A stretch of 45,231 nt of DNA, taken from the NCBI GenBank assembly GCA_049999805.1, contig JBNGIO010006273.1:115637-160867 (forward strand), written 5' to 3'. Made by a program: the position numbers and the translations under genes. The stretch is from Folioceros fuciformis. Lineage: Eukaryota. Under the pieces are notes generated by a model, which made no database searches, was not told where the DNA came from, and was given only the letters and a program-made list of their open reading frames with translations. Shown here in pieces: positions 36,651-45,231 of the stretch (its first letter is position 1; every line of letters begins with the position of its first letter).

Positions 36651-37274
36651 CTACTTTCTATATGCGCATTCGGCCTTGGCCGTATTTCTTAGCTTTTGCA
36701 GTAGTTTTTGGCCTTTTGTGATGCCTGTGATGCCTCTCTTCGTCTTTATCATCTTCTCCTTGACATCTTTGATTGCTTGCGCGATAGGGTGAATAGCATC
36801 GACTACACCCACCTGTACCGCAGTAGTGCTATTGGAGCGAACAACCCGGTCACGAGAGTGTTGTCCGGAGCTTCGTCCCACTTGTCGCACTTGCTTTTTT
36901 GATGCGGCACACGAAGACGACTTGTTGGTTGGGTCGACTTTTAGCACGATCAACTCTCGTCGTACTGCACGTGCTTGAAGCTCTTTGGTTTTGATCTTAG
37001 AACCGCTTGCCATCATCTTTTGGAACAACGCATCCCTTGCAGCACTCACTTCTTCTTTGCTATGCACATGCACGACAGTTGATTTGCCTGCTTCTCCAAA
37101 GCCAACATGTTGCGCACAGCTTTCATACTGTTGTGCAACCTTTTGTGGATGGTCAACATGAAGATTGGAACCCGATGCTACAGCATTAAGGCGTATGCGT
37201 TTTGCCTCAACTTGAGCTTGAGGACCCCTCTTTCTCTTAAGCTCCGAACCCCCCTTGGAGAGAGGAAGACTCAT
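36651..37274 (-). CDS. Hypothetical basic (K/R-rich) 207-aa protein, orphan or TE-derived
   Basis: Intact ATG-to-TAG ORF in AT-rich surroundings. NLS-like LKRKRG...KRIR. Minus-strand TATAAAT about 115 bp upstream. No domain recognised. Confidence 0.4.
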   Translation of the reverse strand: MSLPLSKGGSELKRKRGPQAQVEAKRIRLNAVASGSNLHVDHPQKVAQQYESCAQHVGFGEAGKSTVVHVHSKEEVSAARDALFQKMMASGSKIKTKELQARAVRRELIVLKVDPTNKSSSCAASKKQVRQVGRSSGQHSRDRVVRSNSTTAVQVGVVDAIHPIAQAIKDVKEKMIKTKRGITGITKGQKLLQKLRNTAKAECAYRK

Positions 37275-37789
37275 CCCACTTGCGACTGTGATTTGCTTTG
37301 AGGTTGCCTACTAGTAGTTTCGCAAAAGCTTTTTGCTTGTCAACCCACTCTGAAGACGTTGAGGTGTATAAAAGCTATGCCCTCCATGCATTTATAGCCT
37401 CGAATCTTTTAATTTTAGGAATTGCTATAATCAAAGCATTGAGCTAATTGTAAAATATATACATTCTAGTGAATGATTCATGAAATACAACAATAATAAA
37501 AGAAAAATATGTCTTAAATAGTAACTACCAAATTAGGGCTATAACTACCATGGGTGCACCTTTTCACAAGATGCACCTATATAATAATTAAAATTATGAA
37601 ACGTGCCCTAACCCTAGTTGATATAGGCAATTTCAACACTACTAATAAGGGCCATTTCAACACTCCCACTTGTTGCTATATCTATTAGGCTTCTGTTTGC
37701 CTCATGTCGGCGCTTCAACTTCAAGTAATGTCCACACACAAACGATAGGTAGTGCACGAGCTCAATAGTTATTCTCACACTCTTATGGG

Positions 37790-38020
37790 AGAAGAGGAGG
37801 CACAGGCCAAGCTAATTGAAGCCGAGGCCAGGCGGGAATAATTAAAGGAAGCCCAACAGGCCCTGAACGCGATGAAAGCACAGGCACAGGAGGAATTACG
37901 TCAGGCCTAGGAAGAAGTGCAGACGATCAAGGATCAGCATGAACTGCTCCTAACTCAAGTCAAGGAAGTACATGAAGTGAATCAAAAAATGCCTCAAGAG
38001 TTGCTACGGGCGTAGAAGTA
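37790..38020 (+). pseudogene. Decayed coiled-coil coding remnant, probably TE-derived
   Basis: Reads EEEAQAKLIEAEARRE*LKEAQQALNAMKAQAQEELRQA*EEVQTIKDQHELLL. The stops sit where Gln codons would fit. Confidence 0.45.
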
Positions 38021-38651
38021 AAGGAATAGATGTGTTGGAATCATGATTAGGGTTAGTATATTAAGTTATTTTGAAGGGTCATAGCTTTTCGCTACGCTTA
38101 CACCTTTTCATAAAGACATGACTGTTTCAAGAACGGCTCACAGGCCAGCAAGCTTCCAACTTTGCGATGGCGCCGTATACTAATGTTGGTGGTAACCAGA
38201 AATGGAGGCGCACCTACAACAGGGATACTCGCGACCGCTTTATCACTAAGAAGGTCAGGGAGAATCATGCCAAGATCACAAGATCTGCCTCAACCAGCAA
38301 TCTTGTGCAGCGGCTTCCACATCTAATATTAGCGAGGGTGTCTTCAGCTGTCAACGCGGCAAGTAAGGTTGTGAAGCGAGCACTCTAGCGGAAGAAAAAG
38401 AAGATGGGAGCGCAAGCCATGAAGACGCCTGCTAGGGCCGTTGCAACACATGCTGTCACTGAGAAGGTTGCTGCACGTCCCAAACTTACACTCCTCCGGT
38501 GCCAAAATTCTTTCCTATCGACGAGTTGTGGAAGAAGACCAAAATCTACTCGCTGGGAACAGTCTCTAAACCAGGCACGCCCGTATGGTATAAATGCTGG
38601 AAGACAGGCTTGTTGATTTTTATTTTATTTTTTTCGGTTGCACAAAACACC

Positions 38652-38962
38652 TGTTGAAAATCCCAACCACTTGATCCTTCATCTTTTGTTATCAGGTGTT
38701 GGTACTCTAATATGATGTACTGCTATCCAGAACTTTCGACATGTACTGAAAGCTCCCACTATTTGTGCAGGGTCTGAACAAAGAATTGATAAAGAGCAAG
38801 GTCTGGACCATGAAGACATAAATTCAATTGATCCCACGTCATCTGATTCTAAATCGAAAAGTGAAGATCACGAGGCCAATGACATGGTGAACGAGGATGA
38901 GGATAGTTGCGAAAATTCACCAGGATCTCCTCGAGACCATAGTCCCTGGTTAGTCTCTAACT
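38652..38962 (-). repeat. Candidate 3' LTR of the Copia remnant (about 310 bp)
   Basis: On the minus strand it follows the RNase H end and a short purine run (AGGAG), begins (A)GTTAGAG and ends TTTTCAACA. There is no second copy in the window to confirm it. Confidence 0.4.
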
Positions 38963-38989
38963 CTCCTAATGAGAGTTTGTAAGGGAGCT

Positions 38990-39952
38990 AGGATACTCTC
39001 CCAGGCCCAGTGCCTGAACATGTTTGTTATCCAATTCTCTGCTTAATGGTTTTGTGAAAACATCAGTTGGATTTTCTTGTGTAGGAACATATCTAGTTTT
39101 ACCTTTCCAGCTGCAACTAAATATCTTATAAAATGATATTCCACTTCAACATGTTTTGTTCGTAAGTGAAACAATGGATTTTGTGCTAAAGTAATTGCAC
39201 CTTGATTGTCTCTATGTATTGTTGTGCAAGCTGGAATTAATAACCCAAGTTCCTTAAATAATAGCTTGCACCATATCACCTCTTTGGCAGCTGCTGTAAG
39301 CACTCTATACTCAACTTCGGTGCTGGATAAACCCTAAACCCTTTTTGCTAGACCAACTAAGAGGTACTCCAGCAACACTAACCACATAACCAGAAACTGA
39401 TTTCCAGGTGTCTACATCTCCTGCATAATCGGAATCTGTAAAACCTTCCAAAGTAAGTTCTTCATCATGCTTGCCCTAAAATCGTATGCCTCTGTTAAAC
39501 GTGCCTTTCAAATATCTAAGGACACGTTTCAAACATGTCCAGTGTTCCTGTCCTGGATTCTCCAAATACTGAGACAAGACACTGGTTGCATAAGCTATTT
39601 CAGGCCTTATGGTATTAGTGGCATAAATCAACTTACCAACAGCCTTTCTGTAAGGTATCTTAGACATAGCTTCCTTTTCAGTTTGTGTACTATGACTCAT
39701 ACTTTTACTTAACTTAAGTCCTGTTGGTAAAGGAGTAGAAACAGGCTTGGCATCCTTTAAACCTAATTGTTCTACACTGTCTAAAATATATCTGGGCTGT
39801 GATAAATCTAAAAGTCCTTTACTTCCATCTCTTTGTATATGGACACCTAGACAGCTTTGTAAAGGTCCTAAATTTGTCATTTTGAATTTAGCTATTAAGA
39901 AATTATTTACTTTACTAATAAAAGCTATGTTATTGCAAGATAAAATCAGGTT
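38990..39952 (-). mobile_element. Ty1/copia remnant: C-terminal RT plus RNase H, frameshifted
   Basis: LILSCNN...FKMTNLGPL..CLG, PYRKAVGKLIY..RPEIAYA, KRVLRYLKGT, GFTDSDYAGD, SSTEVEY, DNQGAI.LAQNP..H.RTKHVEVEYHFIR. Confidence 0.93.
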
Positions 39953-42900
39953 GACCGAGAGAACAAGGCCTCTATGGAGGGGTTGGGGGAGCTCCGCAGT
40001 TGGCACATGGGCAGCTATGGTCGGTTTGTGTCCAAGTAATCAGAATGCGAGGGGATTTAACACGGTGGGGAAGGTTTCTAATTCATCTGATGTTAGCTGG
40101 ACAAAAGCCGTGGCAGAGAACGAAGCTCAGTACGGAGGCCTGAGGTGAATTATACTTGTAAACAAGCACAGGCAAGTGCTTCCCAAGAATATGCCTCGGT
40201 TTTAGCAAAGGAGGGTCCAGGTCTTCAGTTGGGCCCTTTGGCGAATGTTCTTACAGACGCGAGGTACTTTCAGCAGGAGGAAGACAAGCTCGTGGCCAGC
40301 TTTGTTGTGGGGCGGCTGCTGTCAAGAGGCCCCCCCACAGTGGAGGAGTTGGAGATTTGGGCAACTCAAGTATCCGGGTGCCCTCCAGCTTATGTTTTCC
40401 TCAAGGCTGACGGTTCTTTTCAGATCAAATGTGACGAGGCAGCCGGCGCGCAGGCTATCTTACACACAACCCTGCCATTTCGAGGCTCCATCCCGGTGCT
40501 GGTGGAAGCTTGGTCTCCAGGGAACACAATTATGCAGTCGAAAATCAAAAGGCAATTTCTTTGGGTGGGGCTTCCTACTCTGCCCGTGCAGCTCATCCTG
40601 ATGATACGAAAGATCTTAGGTACTATAGGCCGAGTGGTGGAGGTTCCCAAGGTGGATTCGCATTTCTTTGATAGCCACAAGCCCCCTTGCTTTGGCGTTA
40701 GGGTTGATAGCCTCCTCGCCCTGCCTGAAGGAGTCATCATTCGCGACCCGGAAGACCCATCTAGATGCTTTACCCAGCTGTTCGAGTACCCGGATTTGCC
40801 TGTCAGGTGCGGAGTCTGTGGGCTGAAAAGCCACCTTAAGCAGGCGTGTCCTCTTCGTGCTTGTGTTGGCAGTGGAGGAGACAAAGCTAAGAAGGCCCAT
40901 CCAGGTCCACTGCCGAGCTTTAAAGGAGTGCTTAGGAAAACGTGGAGGTCCAACCCAGAAACGCAGCAGTGGGCCAACCGAATTCAGAAACTCTTCTTCT
41001 CGGGTACTGAGGCTGCAACCAACGCGCACATCAAAATTTGCGTGCTCATGAGGAGGAAGGTGGGCAAAGATTTCTTTTATTGGCTACCAAAGGTGGGCGA
41101 TCTTAGAGCCCTGCCTACTCGCTCCCTCTAGTCTGGGACCGCAATGGGGCATCAGCTTCCTGCCTTCTGGGATAATGTTAAGCTTAGAATTCGGGATATG
41201 CTACAGGTGGGTTTGGGTTTAGACAAACCAACGGGGAATCAGTATCTTCAAGGGGCCAGGCATAGTATGGTCTATCATGGTTTGGAAGACTGCTCTTCCA
41301 TCCTGTTTGCGGTCACATTGATCGAGTTGGGTGAGGAGTGCCAAGTTCGGAACAATAGCGTGGCACAGTGGTTGGGGGAATCACAGACGTTGGCATTCAT
41401 GAAAGACGCGAAGTTTGGCAGAGGCAAGGTTACACTGGCGTCTAGGGTGGTCTTCAAAGCTCACCTGGGTTTCTTGGGCTTGCTCATGGCCCCAATATCT
41501 ATTAAATTGCCATGCAAGTGGGAGCTCAAATAGGAAGAAGACATGGTGGCAGAGGGCGTTGTGCCTATGGAGGTGGATCAGGACAAGGAAGAGATCACCC
41601 GGAGAGCAAGGTCGGCATCGGCAAGTAGGCTCAGCGGCCCTCTTAATGAGTGCCATGACACTAGTGGAAGCTCAGATGAGGTGCTATACAGGAATCATCT
41701 TGCATGCCCCACAAGTGTCTTGGCCAGGAGGGACTTGAAGGATATTTTCGACGCCAACAAGCAACACAGCCACTCAGAGACATGGCTGGGTGCTCACAGA
41801 GAGCCTCCCACTTCGTTGAGTGGCTCGGGTGTGTCCCTGGATGCTGTCCCTGAGGGGGGGGTAGATCGGTCCGTGCCTTCTGATAAGCTGGTGGGTGAGG
41901 GAAATCCTCTAGCAACTGGTAAAGGCGCAGATCAGCGAGTATGGAGAAAGGCTCGCAAACCAAAAGCCCTGAGCATGGGGGAAAGGTCTGGGACAAGCTT
42001 TCATGAGAGTCCTACAAGAGAAGACCCTTGCTCTGTGGATGGTGTGCTTGCTGGATCTGTGAGTAGGTGGGAATCGGGGACTTGACGTTACACCAAGGAG
42101 AAGTCGAGGACTGCCAACCCATTCCTTTTTGACAATAGGATCCAGGGCCAGGCAGTGGTCTTGATAATTTCATAGGGTCGGTGGTAAGCCCTTCCGTTTT
42201 GACCAAGCAAGGAACAGAGAAGCCTGAATCGATCGACAAGCTTGCAAGGGCAAGGGCGGTGCAGGAAGGCATCTCTGGAGAGACTCTGGGCGTAGGGGAG
42301 AAGCATGAGTCGGTGGAAAGGCCAGTTACGGTGAGGGTGGGGCAGGACGGTATCTTTGGGGAGTTGATGGGTGCAGAAAGCATAGTCGATATGGTGGCTC
42401 AGGAGGAACCCTTGGCTCTAGCGTTCGCGGGTCAGTCCCCTGACATGTCGGCAGCGGGATCTGGGATTCTCTCCCTGCCGGCAAAGGGTGACGAGGGAGG
42501 TGTTGGTCAGGTGCTTTCGGGGCGGGGTACTAATCGAAAGGCAGGGGAGGACGGTTTGGAGAACAATTCAAATAGGTGGCCTCAACAAGCCCCTCCCGGG
42601 GCTCTAGACGATGGTAGTTTCCAAACACGTCTTAGTGTGTCTTCTCCAGGATTTGTGGAAGGGAGAGGTATGGATTTGCTGCATGCATCCCCTACCGCTA
42701 TGGTGTGGGAAGGCAGAGGGTCGGAGGTGAGAAAGTCAGATGGGGCGGTGATCCAATTTGTCGAGGGGACCCTGGAATTAGACCAGGCTACATCGCAGCG
42801 GATCTCTCTTAACGGTCAGAAGGTCAACTCCACCTCGGCCTCAGATGCAGGCTGGGAGAGGGAGGAGAGCGATCCGCTGGCTGGTAACAAACGTTGTTTG

Positions 42901-45231
42901 GATGAACATGCGATTCTTGCGGTAGTGGTGAAGGCTATGACTTTCTATTGAGGCGGTCTTGTGGTGTGGCAGGAGGTCGTCAGTTAGTCCTGGGAGAGGT
43001 GGGTATGCGATCGGATCTCAGTGATGGAAGTGTCCAAGATACGTTGGTCCAAGAGGGTGAACCTAGCTTGGAAGCTGGGATACTCGCTACTCTCCAGGAA
43101 AAAAATTCTGTGTCAGCTCCTTGGGAAGCCAGCGGGGTCTGTCAGGAGGAGAACTCGATTGTTGTGCTCACGGCAGGTGCTAAGATGATGGACAGTCAGT
43201 CTACAGTCTGTCGGGTTGAGCCAGTAGCAACGAGGAGGGCCGCTCAGGCAAAGGGTGGATGGAAGCCGCTGGTTGAGGGGAACCAGGTGGGATCTTCGTC
43301 CCAGACGAACGGTTTGGCGCAGAACCAGAATTCTCAACACTCTAGGTCCCTGGAAATGGGGTTTTGGTTTCCAAGCCTTGCAACGTGACGGGGAGGAAGA
43401 AGAAGAGCCGACGGTGCTGCATGATAAGGATTCCAACACTGAGGCATTGATCGGGCAGCATGGGGAACGTCCAAGTGTGCGGTAGCAGGATTCTGCTCCA
43501 GGGACATCAAACAATTGCAGTCCCCGAGTTCGTGATTGTCGGGGTTCTCTGAGGGTGGGAGATTCGAGGAGTGGGGAGGCGTTGCATGTTCCTCCTACCA
43601 TGCTGATTAGGAAGGAGGAGATGCATGTGGAGAACGATGCCGCTGAGCTGGGGGTTTAGCGCGCCAACGAACCCTGAGGCCAGGAGGCGGCTCTGGATCA
43701 TCTTGAGGAGAATGAGCAGGCCGAGTCCTCCCACCCCTAGACGAGTTTTGAGCTCGGGAGGCGGTTTGCCTGATGCCCTACGGCTCGCATTGTGAGGGAA
43801 CTCTGGCTAGTTCTGAGACAGATGTTGAGGCTCGGGTGGTTGGCGAAAGATGGGCGGAGGGCTGAGGACAGTTGGGCTGGCCAGAGGGAGTTGGGCGAAA
43901 AGGTGGTGTCCAATAGAGGAGGCTGCCAAGTAGGGGACTCACAGGGTGGGAAGGTGAGTTCAGTGGCTTGCCTCCCTACCGCCGACAAGAAGACGGCCTT
44001 TGACACCGGGCTTGGGGTTGCCATAGCGGGTCGCCCAATGGAGGATTTCGCGTATGAGCAAATGGCGACTTCAGCGGCGATGTTCTATGATGGGATGGAT
44101 CCTGAGGGCTCGAGCCAAGGGACAGATTCTATCCCTCCCTCTCAACCAATCGGTGAAGAAGAGGGAAGGGAGTGTTCCACGGTGTGTCGTGGGCCTCGCT
44201 TTCTTTTTTCTCTTCCAGGGGTCCTAACTTCACACAACCTGTATGCTCCGGGCCATCAATATCTTGGGCTTGGAGGGGGTCTTGGTCCTGCTGGACAAGT
44301 TGAGTCAGGTGCAGTAGCAACTGGAAATTCCACTGCCTGGAGCACGGTGGACTCATCTGTCTTGATATCAGGCCCACATAGAAACTTGGAGGCGGCAATT
44401 GGGAAATGGGCTCGTGTTTCGGACGATCTGTCCTCAGGTTTTAAACTCCAGAATCAGATTGCGGTGGCCAAAGCAAGGAAGGCGTTGAGCAAGGTCGTTC
44501 AACGCATGGCCCTGGATATCACCTCCTCGGAAGGAAAAAAGATTAAGGTGTTGGAAGTGCAAAAGGGTGGCAAAAGGTTTTATGGGAAGACCTTGGCCCT
44601 GGATATCACCTCCTCGGAAGGAAAAAAGATTAAGGTGTTGGAAGTGCAAAAGGGTGGCAAAAGGTTTTATGGGAAGACCTCTTCTAGCGTGGGGAATGAC
44701 TCTGGCGTAGTGCGTGGTCACCATAGATATGGAGCGGAACTGGGGTTTGGAATGGAGGGAAATGATTCTGCGCATCTTGGTAAAACTTTAGTGGACTGTG
44801 CCAGCCCTCTAAAACCGGATAGCCTCACCATGAGAAACAACCCGGCATATGCTTATGAGGAGGTCTTATTCTCCTCTCCTTGTGTCGAGGACAATGAGGA
44901 TACTGAGATCGTCTGGCATGAAGTGCAAGAAGTGCAAGCCGTCTTCTCCCGAGATGAAGGCAGCACCTCCTCGTTAAAGTCCTTGGAAAAGCGCGTGATG
45001 CGGGCTAAGGAGGCACATGACAAATATTCTCCTCCACACCAAGAGGTCTCCTTGCTGAGGGGTCAAGAGATCAAGAAGGTGGAAGGTACAACGAGGGGGA
45101 AAGGCAGACACTTGGTGATCAACTTGAAGGTTATGAGAAAGGTGCAAGATTTTTATTCATTTCTGGTCATGATTGGAGGCGGAGGGGAGCAGCTACCCCT
45201 TACCATTGCACTGCACCAGTTGCATGCAGGG
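39953..45231 (+). mobile_element. Decayed LINE (L1-like) 5' region and very long ORF1, probably continuing beyond the window
   Basis: 40145-41131 encodes a DUF4283-like region (VGRLL...PVLVEAWSP...WVGLPTLP...IGRVV) and the zinc knuckle CGVCGLKSHLKQAC. The same frame resumes at 41144 and 41543 after single TAG stops, followed by G/E/S-rich broken ORFs. No endonuclease or RT is visible, so assignment beyond ~42100 is weaker. Confidence 0.75.
44507..44680 (+). repeat. Perfect 87-bp tandem duplication
   Basis: TGGCCCTGGATATCACC...GGGAAGACCT at 44507-44593 and 44594-44680. Confidence 0.95.

Overview
Eukaryotic land-plant nuclear DNA. Short GT-AG introns, dense genes and a very long PLS-class PPR suggest a bryophyte such as a hornwort, but that is inference only. 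Left to right: (1) the 3' part of a decayed ABCC/MRP transporter; (2) a complete 5.85-kb Ty3/gypsy chromovirus-type LTR retrotransposon (2441-8293); (3) a small hydrophobic single-exon gene; (4) a ~1460-aa PLS-E+ PPR gene, head-to-head with (5) a ~18-exon TFIIIC TPR subunit gene; (6) a repeat-rich island containing a 100-N gap; (7) an unknown S/P-rich gene; (8) a TORNADO1-like LRR-Roc-COR gene; (9) an AMS-like bHLH-ACT gene; (10) WDR5; (11) a TE graveyard with a Copia RT/RNase H remnant cut by a decayed LINE that has a very long ORF1. The most interesting object is the gypsy element. It has AGT...ACT rather than TG...CA termini, and gag and pol are in one frame separated by UGA-CGG, an 8-nt spacer and a stem-loop, which is the layout of viral stop-codon readthrough signals. 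Second is an apparent fossil DYW deaminase segment just past the PPR stop codon. All coordinates were read by eye and no database search was run.
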